Positions 1 through 12,912 are shown, numbered from the whole stretch's first letter. The stretch: 63,192 nucleotides of DNA, filler included, from Globobulimina sp. (GCA_003354225.1; 40 parts of 40 records of this genome joined end to end with filler, not necessarily neighbours in it), one strand, 5' to 3'. Numbers and translations are program-made. The notes: a model not told the origin generated them from the letters alone.

Positions 1-785
1 GTCTTTTGCTTGGATTTTTGGTAGCAATGGCAATTGGGAATTTTGTTGGACTTTGGCTGGGATTTGATGGTGACATCGTAGGTGCCACTGATGGGCTTTT
101 TGTCGGTGATTTTGATGGGGTTTTGCTTGGATTATCTGATGGTGATCCTGTTGGAATATTCGATGGTGATTTTGACGGAGTTGCGCTTGGAAATTTGCTT
201 GGATTTGTACTGGGCGAACGTGTCGGGAATTTGCTCGGATTTGTACTGGGTGAAAGTGTCGGATTTGTGGTTGGAAGCGTCGGCGACGTAGTTGGTGCTC
301 CCGTATATGGAGTATCTTGACCTGTGGTTTTATCACAATATCCAAAACATTGAAATGAATAAGCTCTCTGCCCGGGATTACTAATTCTCGTATCTTCGCA
401 ACTTGTATCATCATCTAGACAGTGCAAGATACAGTCACCTATACCACACGAGATTTGTGTGTTGCCTTTGCACGCATCCGTACCGGTACAGGTTATGGTT
501 ACATCGGTGGCATCTGCTGCATCAATCGTATCATCCCCGCAAGAATCAGAACCATCACATGTAATATCACAAGGATCACCGCTTCGACACGTGATGGTAG
601 AGCCTGCATTTTCGCCGCTTTTTTGTTATAAAATGTTGGATTGCATGCATGCATGCTGTGAAAACATATAAATACAAATTATCTAACTCGATTACACATA
701 ATGTGCCGGGTATATTGTTGTCACAATCTTGCGCAATGTTGATGTAAATGATACTTGTGATTAGTAGCAGTTGCACAATTGCCAT
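1..785 (-). CDS. Secreted Cys-rich protein with Pro/Thr/Ser repeat stalk (3' partial; intron 618-675)
   Basis: Signal-like MAIVQLLLITSIIYINIAQ. A 58-nt GT-AG intron joins DNF-GENAGSTITCRSGDPCDITCDGSDSC..., followed by PT/PS repeats. The + strand ORF 6..320 is the antisense shadow. Confidence 0.75.
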
Positions 786-943
786 GGTAAAGATTTTAAT
801 ACAAAATTACCAAAAACCTCAAGTAGTCTCAGCTTCATCACATCGGTTCCACTGCAATCAAATTTGGAACCCTGTTATCTACGGGAATACACAACAAAGC
901 GCATCCATCGTTATTAAATTATAAACACATACTTGACACAAAC

Positions 944-1484
944 ATGTTTATCCGTAAAGAGAACAAGAAAGTAATCTGTGAGCACTTATTCAACCAAGGC
1001 GTGATGTGGGCGAAGAAGAACTTATTCCTGCCCAGACATCCAGAGATTGGCGTGCCTAACATCGAGGTCATCAAATTGATGAAATCCTTTTGTTCAAAGG
1101 AATATGTGGTTGAAAACTTTAACTGGCAAACGTATTATTGGCGGCTAACGGATGAAGTATGTAATCATTACTCAGCTAAAACGCACACAAAACACACACC
1201 AATCCACACACAAACAAAACAGGGCCACGAGTACCTCCAGAAATTCTTAAATACGCCATCCGATGTGGTCCCAAATACATGGAAGGCATCGCATACTGAA
1301 CTCGCTGCTGATCAAAGTTAATTATATTCGAGCTATGAGTGCAAGGATAGTAACACACTGCACACTGCGCACATATGTAGGTGGAGGTGGAGGGTATGGT
1401 GGTTTTGGCGGTGGAAGAGGAGGCTATGGAGGCAGAGGAGGCCGGGGAGGCTATGGCGATCGCGGTGGAAGAGGAGGAGGAGGA
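944..1484 (+). CDS. RPS10: 40S ribosomal protein S10 (eS10), introns 1157-1222 and 1317-1380, RGG tail, 3' partial
   Basis: PNIEVIKLMKSF..FNWQTYYWRLTDE|GHEYLQKFLNTPSDVVPNTWK matches the S10/plectin domain. Splicing restores the frame into a Gly/Arg-rich tail. Confidence 0.95.
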
Positions 1485-1584
1485 NNNNNNNNNNNNNNNN
1501 NNNNNNNNNNNNNNNNNNNNNNNNNNNNTTAATTAATTAANNNNNNNNNNNNNNNNNNNNNNNNNNNNNNNNNNNNNNNNNNNN
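1485..1584. other. Artificial contig linker N44-TTAATTAATTAA-N44 (first of 39)
   Basis: Identical 100-bp block recurs about every 1583 bp. TTAATTAATTAA gives stops in all six frames and explains ORFs ending in X...LIN. Confidence 0.98.
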
Positions 1585-1867
1585 TTGTTAATATTGCAAT
1601 CAATGACGAGACAACCGAGATTGGAAGGATGATATAGGAAGCTAGCTCGGCTTGGACAGACATTCAGCTCTGTTTTTTTTAAGTTTAGCTATAAAATTAA
1701 GTGAGTTTTCTGTATTTGGGCGATAAAATTAAGTAAGAAATACCCAAAATATAATTTACACAGTGCAAGGATAATGTATACAATTTTATTCTAAAGCAAA
1801 TCATTAATACCATTTGATATAAAAATAGCTGCAACAATGTCCAAATTTCTTCCATGTGGAGGAAATA

Positions 1868-2869
1868 TTAAGTGATATTCCATAAACATTTATAAGTCTC
1901 TAACAATTGGTCACATCTTTCATCATTGGAGTAGATTTGCAAAACTTGTATCTGTTTCAACACTTCTTTCCATCTTTTACATTGCAATCCGTACAATGCA
2001 ATATTTAATTCAATCGATTGTACAATGAGTTGATACGCATTGTCATACATATAATGCTCTGTTGCGCAGTTAATGGCTGATGTCAATATATTTGCTTTTA
2101 TTGTTGGAAACGACTTGAAATATTTTTTCAAAATCCCCAATGCATTCTGTATACAGTTCCAATGGGTATCATTCATAATGGCCAACCTATATTCTTTGAT
2201 GTGTTTATCATATTTTATTCCAGATCCATCGCAACATAACAAACAGTTACATTTGAATTTATATCTTTGCAGTAATAAGCTTTGTCGTTCTTGGAATGTG
2301 TTTTTTAATCTTGGCAAATAACACAAAGTCAATTCCTCGTTTTGTTTGATCGGAAATAATGTCTTAACCATCAGGCATTCGCTTGGAAAGGATTTAAAAT
2401 ACATTGTACAGTTTGGAAAACACGAATGATTTATTCTTGCAAAGGCAGGAAACAATCCAGATGTGTGCAGAAGGGATGAATTTGTTTGACAGGCTGACGT
2501 ATCGTAGATTGCTTGAATCACATTCTCCTTTTCTTCATCGTTGAAGATATTTGCTAAATTCATTACAATTGCTTGCTTATTTGCTGTTAACTTATTAAAA
2601 TCATCGAGTAATATTTTTGCACCTGATTTAAGGCTATGTTTTCTAACTTTTCTTTCAAATAAAATGGGTTTTTCTATTAATATGGTAGTGTATGGATGGA
2701 TATTTGTTGTGGCAATCATCCCATATCCTTTGTTGTTAATATTATCAATTTTCCAATATGCACTTTGCTTTAATTCAGTCCGGGGTTCTTTCCATGCATC
2801 AATCCATGTCTCCAATTCAACGATCAAACAAGTGCTCAGTGAGTGAGTCAGAGTACTGAGAGTAGACAT
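1868..2869 (-). CDS. SET-domain lysine methyltransferase (SMYD-like)
   Basis: KGYGMIAT, ARINHSCFPN, EELTLCY and post-SET FKCNCLLC motifs. Confidence 0.9.
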   Translation of the reverse strand: MSTLSTLTHSLSTCLIVELETWIDAWKEPRTELKQSAYWKIDNINNKGYGMIATTNIHPYTTILIEKPILFERKVRKHSLKSGAKILLDDFNKLTANKQAIVMNLANIFNDEEKENVIQAIYDTSACQTNSSLLHTSGLFPAFARINHSCFPNCTMYFKSFPSECLMVKTLFPIKQNEELTLCYLPRLKNTFQERQSLLLQRYKFKCNCLLCCDGSGIKYDKHIKEYRLAIMNDTHWNCIQNALGILKKYFKSFPTIKANILTSAINCATEHYMYDNAYQLIVQSIELNIALYGLQCKRWKEVLKQIQVLQIYSNDERCDQLLETYKCLWNIT

Positions 2870-2919
2870 GATCAACAAACTTTAAAATAAAAACTTTCCC
2901 TACACGTACTTCAAAAATC

Positions 2920-3068
2920 ATGTCCACCAAAGAGCCACCAAATAAGAAACGCAAACTAACCACATATGCGGTGGAAGAAAAATGTACGGATGAATCACAA
3001 TCCATTGCTGAACTTATTTTAGGTTCGGAGATTAAGGATATATTTGGAAATGCATGTATAACTACAGA
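2920..3068 (+). CDS. Partial ORF with NLS-like PPNKKRKL
   Basis: ATG-initiated, open to the contig end, divergent from the SET gene. Confidence 0.45.
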
Positions 3069-3168
3069 NNNNNNNNNNNNNNNNNNNNNNNNNNNNNNNN
3101 NNNNNNNNNNNNTTAATTAATTAANNNNNNNNNNNNNNNNNNNNNNNNNNNNNNNNNNNNNNNNNNNN

Positions 3169-4652
3169 CCAACGATCAACAACAAACATTACATTTAAAC
3201 AATAACAATAACAACACAAACAATAATAATCCTCGTAAACCGAGCAAACCCCCAATGCAACGCAAATATAATACGCAATACAAAACTACGTGGCATAAAA
3301 AGTAGTCATTTATGGACTTAACAGTGCAACATGCCGGCAAGAATGTGGAGAAAAACAAGAAAAAGAGGCGACGCGCCGAAATACAAGACTCTGATGGCGA
3401 TAATATCGAAATCAATAATGGCGCACAACATAAAATCATTGAAGTCACAAAATTGGCAACAAATCAAAAACATCAAACTAAAATTATGTCAGCCGACATT
3501 TTTAACTCATCGGCATTGAGCCTAAATGAAACATCTGCGTCGGGAGTATCTGGCATATCCAATGCGCATTTTATCAAAATGTGGAAGAATCTAACAGGAA
3601 CTGACTTGGAAAAGGAACTCAAATATGTTATTTTATTATTTATCAACGGTGAAATTAATCGTGATGTCGTACAATTTGCAAACGGCGGCAGAGTGATTCC
3701 AGCAAACAAAAAGAAAATAGATATAAGACCAATAACTATTGGCAATCTCCTTCCAAGTATTGCGAAAGAAATAATTAAATATATACCATTTATTAACGAC
3801 GCATCGATTAAACAATCTATAGAATCATACGAATTTGTTCGTGCTGCATACGCTGCCGACAGTCTATTAAAATCGCAAGAAGTTACCTTTTTGAATCAAT
3901 TCCGCGAAGGCTATTTAGAAGAAGCGCACATCGCATGTTCTCCTACAGAAGCCGAGCAACAATTATATTGGGACAACGATATCGATTTTTTCAATTACCG
4001 CAAATTGCACGAACCAACTTGCGAACTTTGCAGCCGTATATTCGAAGAATGCAATTGCCTTCAAACGAAATATCTACAATGGTGCCAAACAGAAGAAATT
4101 CATCGATACGGCGTGTACCCGACGTTAACAAAATAATTTTATAAATAAAGCACATTATAAAAAGAAAACATATAAAAAGAAAAATAATAATTATACGCAA
4201 ATTCGCACCCCGACATCCAACGATCAACAACAAACATTACATTTAAACAATAACAATAACAACACAAACAATAATAATCCTCGTAAACCGAGCAAACCCC
4301 CAATGCAACGCAAATATAATATGCATTACAAAACTACGGGGCATAAAAAGTAGTCATTTATGGACGTAACAGGGCAAAATGGCGGCAAAAAGGTTGAGAA
4401 AAACAAGAAAAAGAGGCGACGCGCCGAAATACAAGACTCTGATGGCGATAATATCGAAATCAATAATGGCGCACAACATAAAATCAATGAAGTCACAAAA
4501 TTGGCAAACCGACATAAAATCGAGCAATTTGACATCGACATCCATACAACATCATGGATGACAAGAAATATCCAGATCAAACAACTAAACAATTTATTAA
4601 AAACTAAAACTGATAAAGTCCGCGCAGCTCATTTAGCGCAAATGAATAGGAA
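3169..4652 (+). mobile_element. Degenerate CRE/SLACS-like non-LTR retroelement fragments in tandem
   Basis: ORF 3312..4136 contains SASGVSG and GRVIPANKKKIDIRPITIGN (RT domain 0/1/2-like). About 290 bp at 3169-3459 recur at 4217-4507. Confidence 0.55.
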
Positions 4653-5073
4653 NNNNNNNNNNNNNNNNNNNNNNNNNNNNNNNNNNNNNNNNNNNNTTAA
4701 TTAATTAANNNNNNNNNNNNNNNNNNNNNNNNNNNNNNNNNNNNNNNNNNNNGATATACAATCTAATTGTTTGAATCAGCATAAATTGAGATTATTCAAA
4801 TTTAAATTGGATCAAAATTGTGTCATTCAATTTTCTGCTCCACAAAATATTATTGATACCATTGAAAATGATGTAATGCCTAAATATTGTAAACGGCTTA
4901 GCTCAATGCCTTTGGCAGTATCAAATGAAATAGTGAGCAACAATGTAACTTTGTAAATTGGTCTCGCAAGCCGCAAGGATGTAGTCTACAGAGAAAGAAT
5001 CAGAAAGTTTGTGAGTTCCTGCCGTGGCTTAAAAGATTGAAGAAATATAACTTCACAAAAGGCTTTTTCATTT

Positions 5074-6236
5074 TTAATCAACTTTAAGTATTCTTGTAAC
5101 AACAACCGAAATATTATCACCAACCCTTTTTTTCCTCCACTCTTTTTGTGCATTTTCAATTAGTTCCGTAGCAATTAAATGTTCGAGTGTTTCGTTTGTT
5201 TGATTGTGAATAAAAGACTGATAAATGGATTGTACACATTTGAAGACCTGTTGATTTGATAAAATATCCCAAATCCCGTCAGATGCCATAATAAATATAT
5301 ACTCGTGATTGTGAGTAATATTTATGTGATATGATTCTGGAGTGGCAATAAGTCCATGCTTCTGGAGTTCACAATGTCCGACAGCCCGCGTCATATTTAT
5401 CGCCAATCCCTTCCTTCGCGCTTCTTTAAATGTGATATCCGACGGATATAATCTTAATTCCATTTGATCGTTTTGTCTGAAAAATTGTCCATTTGATTTT
5501 TTTACTCTCTCTTGTTCATCTTGGCGATAATATGCATTATGATCATTTGTTACTTGTTTATAGGACAATGTCGATTTATTCTTATCGTTGCTGTCATATT
5601 CTCCTTCAACCAATAAACAACGACTATCACCAACATTTATTATAAATACATCATACCCATCACTGACTAAACAGTTTATAGTTGTTCCATAATCAATCAA
5701 TCGCGTTTCACAGCCTTGTCGTTGTAAAATTGTTGAAAACATTTTTGATTCATTCAAAGCAATCTCTTTGAGATTTGTATCAATATTATTTAAGGCCTTT
5801 TGTAAAGCTAAAATCATTGCATTTTCCTCTTCATCTTCATCTTCTTGTTGTGGTTGCTCGTCGTTTTTATCTTCTTGCAGTTGAATTTGCGATGGATTCG
5901 ATGCAGTTGAATTTGAATTTGAATTGACATATTTTTTATTATTATTATTAATTTTATATAATTCAAACATAAATTGCTTTGGTAAATGTCTGGCACAGTA
6001 TTTTGAAGCATTGTGCCCTAAAATGCCGTGTCCGTCGTAAACGCCAGCAAATAGCATTGGTATCTCATCTCTAAACTGATCAAAGCGATCCAATGATATC
6101 CAATCCTGATTAAACGGTTTAAAATCACCATTGATGCACATTGCTTTGCATCCATATTTCATTGAACTTAGATTCTCAAATTTGCCGTATAAACTGTCAC
6201 ATATTCCATCCGCAAAATTTATTATGCATTCATTCT
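5074..6236 (-). CDS. Protein phosphatase 2C (PPM family), probably 5' partial
   Basis: NQD, GVYDGHG, NVGDSR, MTRAVG, MASDGIWD and GDNISVVV motifs. Confidence 0.95.
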
Positions 6237-6336
6237 NNNNNNNNNNNNNNNNNNNNNNNNNNNNNNNNNNNNNNNNNNNNTTAATTAATTAANNNNNNNN
6301 NNNNNNNNNNNNNNNNNNNNNNNNNNNNNNNNNNNN

Positions 6337-7717
6337 TGGTTTCCATTATTTTGGTATTTAATCGTTGCTGTTTTAGATAAAGTTGATTTCGATGCTCTGT
6401 ATTGTTTATGGAGTGGGAGATATCACAAACGATTTTGGAAACATTTTCGAGAATTTTGGACTTCGGCAGAATTTTTCTCCCCTACACTAAGTCTGAAATA
6501 TGTCGATTTTTGGTGTCAATTTGCCAGACATAAATATCAATATTGGTTGGGATTTCGATGTGCGATGAATATTAATGTTGAAAATGCTCAAAATAGTAAA
6601 AAATGTCAAAAATGTGAATGGTTTAAATCAATCTGCCGGAATATTACAATTTTGTTTCTGACACTTACACCATTTATATTTTATATTGCCAGAGTTACAA
6701 AATATTCTGAGTCCAATAATTTATATGATGGGAAGAGAATTGATTGGGAAATAAGCAACGATTCGTCACCTTATCCCATGTGTGAATCATTAGATATCCA
6801 TAATGTAAATGTTTTAGATTTAGTATTCCTAACAAAGGCAATATATTATCCAGAGACTTTAGAATCAGAATTGAATACTTGGTTTAACAATGACTCACCA
6901 TTTAATATTCGATTTGTGTCTCCAAACAGTGATAAATATGAAACAGTATTTGCTCATTTATCCAAATCTGATACAGATATTATTTTAGTTCGTGGTACAA
7001 AGACAACACATGACGCAATACAAGATATTTCATTATGGAGCGAAATTGGATTTATTCAGATAGTTTCGTGGATTATTCCATTGACATCCATTACATCCAC
7101 AGATTTTTTACGTTCGTACGTATATTATGCATCATATCCGGAGGGAATTATTGAGCCGAATCTAAAAACCAGATATTACACATCGGTCTATGACTATATT
7201 AAAACAAATTTGACGGCGTCCATTCATGACGAAGGAAAAACAATTATTATTTTGGGGCATAGTTCAGTTATATTTATGTTTATGTAATATGCGTAATTGC
7301 GTATATATTATGTACATAGGTCTCGGTGGTGGTATTGCTCAAATAGTTGCTGCGAAATTGTTATATAAGGACAATGCGAATAATGTGTTATCATTCGGCT
7401 TGGCCAGTCCTGGCACGTTATACACTTCACAGAAATTTGATTTTTCAGTAAATGCATTGCATGAAACAAGCATCTCTGTATTGCCGGAGAGGGACATTGT
7501 GTCTCAAATTGATAAGCATGGCGGGGAGATACAAAATATTAAATGTCAAGGAAATCATGCAGCGGATTGTCATTATGCTTTGACACATTTCTGTGAATTA
7601 TCTGAAAATTGTGGTAGATTGGCTACAATGAAACAAACGCATAAAAGACGATTTGCTGAATGTGTTTGTGGAACAAATACTCAATCCGCCAAGCAATGGA
7701 AAGAGTGTTATGAATAA
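6337..7717 (+). CDS. Membrane-anchored class-3 lipase, intron 7262-7319, 5' partial
   Basis: VRGT motif. Removing the 58-nt intron creates the GHSLGGG nucleophile elbow. DIV and CH catalytic motifs lie downstream. Confidence 0.9.
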
Positions 7718-7919
7718 TATATATATAAAATTTATAAATAAATAGTATAATCATAGTAGTCAAATGTAGTACTACGTCCTAAAATAGATATCAGAAATAA
7801 CCCCACTCTTTTCCCTATANNNNNNNNNNNNNNNNNNNNNNNNNNNNNNNNNNNNNNNNNNNNTTAATTAATTAANNNNNNNNNNNNNNNNNNNNNNNNN
7901 NNNNNNNNNNNNNNNNNNN

Positions 7920-8893
7920 GCACGGCTAGCCTGCAGTTTGTGCTGAATCGATGGCCGCACATATCGATCAAAAGATGTATTTGTACGCCACCTGCCGTGA
8001 GCTCGGACATTAACCGAATCAAGACCCGTTTCTACTAACGTTGTCGCACATCCTATACGGAAAGAATGCATTGTAACTCTGTCAGCTTCAGCACAATTCT
8101 GTGAACGCAACATAGATCGTACCAAACGAACACAACAATCACGAGAAACAGGCTTTTTCGTATGATAGTTACCAAAAAGGAAAGCAGAAGGACATATATA
8201 ATCGGGAGACAATTTAGACAAATAAGTATTATAACAAGTGGATGGCGATAGAGAGGTTGTAGAGGCGGCAATATGTACAGTATGGCCATGTTTATGTTGA
8301 TCTGTTTTGCTAGATAGTAAAAACAAATCCAAGCCATAATCATGCACAGAAATATCAGCAAAACGAAGTGCTACAGTTTCGGCAAAGCGCAGACACCCAG
8401 CATATGACAACAGAGCCATAAAAAATGTTCGATACTCAACCACTCGTCCGGAAATATTAGCAGCCTGTTGAAGTTGAACAAGCATATTGCGTGTGGCAGG
8501 AATAGTTCGACATATAGCAGGAGGGGCTAAACGACGCGCCCCATCTAAAAACAGTTTACAAATGGCCGCGTCGGCAGGATTAGGATAATTCATAAATTTA
8601 TGCCACCACGCTATGCCTTGCATCGATTGAGCTAAAGTAGAAGGACCGGCACCAGACAACTTTTTATGTTCCAAAAACAGGACAATATGATACGGTTCAG
8701 AAGGAAGTGATGAGAAATCATGAATGGCGGCAAAGGCTTGAAACTCTTGGAATGCATGTGAACAAGCTGCAATAGTTGATTAAGCTCGACTAGCCAACAG
8801 TGTCTGTGTCAAACTATTAGAAACAGAAATTAAATTGTTAGGTACACATGGTAGCTGAGATGACAGAGCTTGTATCCCTGAAATTATGGACAT
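7920..8893 (-). mobile_element. DIRS-type tyrosine recombinase with in-frame stop at 8780-8782
   Basis: GCLRFAE, SKTDQ, HSFRIG and HGRW...SFDRY (R-K-H-R-W-Y catalytic set). The frame extends to an ATG at 8893 through ASRA*STI. Confidence 0.9.
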
Positions 8894-9150
8894 AAATGCA
8901 TATACGATCATGTTCACTGGGTGGGAGGGTGGGAAAATTAAAACAAATTACGTAATAAGGAAACCAACACTAAGCGCTGAGTAACCAAACGCGAATGACT
9001 AAACGTCGGCCTTTAACGGCCGACTAGAGGCAGAGCTCCGCCCACTGGGCGCTGATTGGTGCTTGTACGAGTTATCGCCCCATTCTACCTCCGCTGGCTA
9101 CGGTAGAATAGCGATAACTCTCCCAACCCACCAAGCCGAATTTCACAAAG

Positions 9151-9402
9151 TTAGGCGAAGGAGATACGAACTGCAAGCAGAGTACCATGAAACACATCAG
9201 GATGGAAAATCGAATGGGCCTGAGGGCCAGGATGAATATATCGTGCAGCATTAGGGAATGTCAAATATTCTAAAACGAAATCACGCGGCTGTAAATTGGC
9301 AAACAACAAAGGCCAGAATGGACTCGAACACCAATATGGTACAATTAAAGTACCTACTGCAGCACATAGGCGTAAATGTTTAAATGTTCTGGCGATATCA
9401 TA
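9151..9402 (-). mobile_element. C-terminus of DIRS1-like pol methyltransferase (dam-like) domain; absent from the ORF track
   Basis: Manual translation YDIARTFKHLRLCAAVGTLIVPYWCSSPFWPLL... matches the 'LVVPxWPxxxWWPLL' signature. It lies directly upstream of the recombinase. Confidence 0.75.
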
Positions 9403-9502
9403 NNNNNNNNNNNNNNNNNNNNNNNNNNNNNNNNNNNNNNNNNNNNTTAATTAATTAANNNNNNNNNNNNNNNNNNNNNNNNNNNNNNNNNNNNNNNNNN
9501 NN

Positions 9503-10237
9503 TTAATCCTGAATTTTTCAAATTTTTTTTAGAATGAAAGCAATATTCACTTTGAATCAAATCGGTTTTCAATGAAGATATTGATGGAATAATCACAATT
9601 CGATCACCAACGATTGATATTATATCCTCTTTTTCGTCTTGTTTATGATCATCAGATATCGATGGAATATATTCTGGAGCAGATAACAGCGACAACAATG
9701 AAGATATTGGCGGTTCGGGAGATTCTTCCTCTTCTTCGTCTTTGTTTTCCTACATAAAATCACGCAAATTCATAAAATTATGCATGCTTTTTATACGTTT
9801 ATATGTAATGTGACATTATGTGTAACATACATTATTATTGTATGCTGGATTTGTATCACTGATTGTTGTCCCAGACATTGTCGATGATGACGCCTTTTAT
9901 ATGTCAGTTGTACATAAGATACCATATAATGATACATAATACATACTGGCGATTGAGGAGTATTGTTGACTTCATTTGGATTTCGAACGCGTAATGGTTC
10001 TAAAATGAATGCGGTTAATTCTGGACCTGCAGCGTCGACAGAAATCACAGATCCATTTATCATGAATCCTTGCACATTATTAAAGTTATCAAATAAGATA
10101 ATTCTATCTATCCCTATCACCACGGCATAGGCATAGCAAACATTCAGTAGTTGCATTGGTTTCTTGCCCATCATTTCATTCATTTGGTTTATGTCAGGCA
10201 TTTGAGCCGGTAAACTGTCAAAACTAATTGCATTCAT
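9503..10237 (-). CDS. Hypothetical protein, probably intron-containing
   Basis: ORF 9791..10237 followed by ORF 9447..9698 in the same orientation; no family recognised. Confidence 0.4.
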
Positions 10238-10371
10238 TGATCGAATGATTCACTTGAAGATGACTAAAGTTTTGAAACTTAACATAGAAACGCGCAAACT
10301 GTCAACATTTGTTTACAATTGCAAGATAACACAAAATTGAATCAGTGCAAGGATGTCTACATATATTTTTT

Positions 10372-10914
10372 TTACAATTTAGACTTTGGATCGTCAAGAA
10401 ATACCATTTCCATAACAGTCCATTGATCATCCGGATTTTTTCTATTTTCCAATTTTATCTGACATGGATCACACTAAGTACATGATATAAGACAGTGAAT
10501 ATATACTATTAATGTAGAATATAACTACCTCTTTCCACCATCTTTGTGTTATTGGATCTTTCCCAATCTCTTCCATATCCTTTTCATAATTATTACCGGT
10601 ATATTCAAAATATGAAAATAAATATTTTTTACCATTTAATGTTGTTGTGTAAATTGAAAAATTTTGTATATTTGATTTTTTTAGTCTTTCTAACACCGGA
10701 CTCCATGTACCACTGTGCAATATACGATAATATTGCTCTTTTTGTGGGTCCAAACCTAGAAATATTTTGATTTACAAAACCTATATAACTCTAATACTGG
10801 CTATTAGAAAATAAACAAACCAATAACACTGCCAAATCTTTTCACTTTCATTCTTGCAAATTCTTCTGGACTTGGATTCGTACTTCCATAAATTGGTTGG
10901 ATTTCACTACTCAT
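10372..10914 (-). CDS. rhaM: L-rhamnose mutarotase (RhaM/DUF718), introns 10756-10820 and 10474-10528
   Basis: Spliced product MSSEIQP...KRFGSVIG|LDPQKEQYYRILH..W..V...NFSIY..LFSYFEY..DPITQRWWKE|CDPCQ...W..MEMVF. Confidence 0.88.
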
Positions 10915-11155
10915 TTTGCTTTTTAACTTCAACCAAAAACTCTTTTTTTCTTCATAATGAACGGTGATAATTTTAACGTCGTTAANNNNNNNNNNNNNNN
11001 NNNNNNNNNNNNNNNNNNNNNNNNNNNNNTTAATTAATTAANNNNNNNNNNNNNNNNNNNNNNNNNNNNNNNNNNNNNNNNNNNNCCAATAGGCATTAGT
11101 GCTAATGCATCAGATGGCCAGAGCCCCTGGCAGAGTAAAATGCTTGTGGGACTGA

Positions 11156-11800
11156 GTAGTAGTTAATGTCGATAACATTGTCGAGGTATTAAGGGCCGGT
11201 AAGACTTATCACATTGAACAGATTGAAAAACAATGCAATGAATTTTTAAAACGGATTGATAATGTTTCTGATTTTTTATTTGTGTTGAAATCATTTGGAG
11301 AGAATGAGGATGGAATGGATGAGGAATTAAATAATGTGTTATTAAATAATCAACATTTATTAACAACGAATGGAAATGAAATCATTTCATCGGAAATATT
11401 CAAAGCGTTGCCGTTAAACGCAGTAAAACAGATTATTCAAAGTGATAATTTAGGTGTTAAAGAAGAGGATTTATGGAATGTTTTAACAGCATGGGATTTA
11501 AATGTATTTGGTGAGGAATTAAAACCATTCGTCAGATTTAATAGAATGGATATTCAATTTGTATATGAAAATGTGAAAACAACACAGATTTTATCAGCAT
11601 CTGATTTAGTATCACTTTATGAGAAAGAATTAGGGTTAAATGATGAATGTATTTTTAATTTAAGTCAAAGAGTTGAAGCAAAGCCTCAAAGTGGAACCGG
11701 TTCGAAGAAAAAATCTCGAGGTGGATCCAAAAAGAGAACAACTACGAAGAAAAAGAATAAAAAAACGAAGAAAAAGAAAGCTAAAACAGCAAAAAAATAA
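11156..11800 (+). CDS. BTB/BACK domain protein, 5' partial, basic tail
   Basis: VDNIVEVLRAG..Y..EQIEKQCNEFL followed by BACK-like FKALP..QSDNLGVKEEDLWNVLTAW..VRF. Confidence 0.8.
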   Translation, partial: VVVNVDNIVEVLRAGKTYHIEQIEKQCNEFLKRIDNVSDFLFVLKSFGENEDGMDEELNNVLLNNQHLLTTNGNEIISSEIFKALPLNAVKQIIQSDNLGVKEEDLWNVLTAWDLNVFGEELKPFVRFNRMDIQFVYENVKTTQILSASDLVSLYEKELGLNDECIFNLSQRVEAKPQSGTGSKKKSRGGSKKRTTTKKKNKKTKKKKAKTAKK

Positions 11801-12668
11801 ATGTTTTGTGTGTCTATTAAAGCTGATATGATTGTGGCATAATGTGTGATCATATTATAATATTCCATTCGTAATTACCGAATACATATTACATACATGT
11901 GTCTAACATGAATCTTGTCTGTGAAAAAATTGCTTTATACTAATGTATAAATTTGTTAGAACTTCAAAAAAAACTTTTTCTAAAATTCTAAACAACATTC
12001 TTTTTCTTTGCAACTGATTACAGCATTTTAATTTATATAACCAAATACACCGAATTGCTGTATTTTATCGAGTCGCAGCTTACATTGAAACAACGAAATC
12101 CTTGTTTTTTAGGTCTAATTATTATTGGATTATCTTCTCAAAGGCATCAATTCCCGTACTGCCATCAATTCAAATTCTATATTAGTTAAGAAATGGTGAT
12201 ATATGAAAGTATATTTGTATAAATATTATACTACACAGAAAAATTAATTAACTGTCGTTGATACATTGGTTTTATCACATTTCGCGCGTGATAGTCAAGA
12301 TGCAATTGAACATAATAATAAGTGATATATGATTGATTTCATATATTTAATTATGCCAAAATGAGCTGCCCATGCTATTTGGTGCTTGCTTTACCATTAA
12401 AATGGGATATGGACATATTATATATGCTTTGTTATGTGTTCATAAGTTACATTTTTTTATAATCAAAACTATCCTCTTTTAATTTACAATGTATTGAGTG
12501 TAATATTTTTGTTGTTGAATTAAGAGTGATTCACTTTTGTGTTTTCGTTCTGATGGACACACAATGATNNNNNNNNNNNNNNNNNNNNNNNNNNNNNNNN
12601 NNNNNNNNNNNNTTAATTAATTAANNNNNNNNNNNNNNNNNNNNNNNNNNNNNNNNNNNNNNNNNNNN

Positions 12669-12912
12669 TAATGAAATGCAAAAAGGTCAATTGTCCCTCT
12701 TTGCTTTCCTTCGTATTCGAATTCATCAATGCATAATATTTCAGCGCATAAATGATACGATTCACTGCTTCGCACTTATTCAGGTTTGGCTTATCTTCAT
12801 CGCATTCTTCTGTACTTTCAAAGATGGCGAAATCAATCGCATGTTTACTCTTTTTCTCGTTCGGATTCATCTTATTTATTTTGTCCGAATTTAAGTGACA
12901 CGCTATTACCAA
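12669..12912 (-). CDS. Hypothetical protein N-terminus
   Basis: Open to the contig end; no recognised domain. Confidence 0.4.

Noticed and set aside
6-320. Gly/Val-rich + strand ORF
   Set aside because: Antisense shadow of a PT/PS repeat protein.
8780-8782. TAA reassignment (ciliate-type code)
   Set aside because: Conserved genes (rhaM, PYROXD2-like, TRRAP, PP2C) end at TAA at the expected positions.
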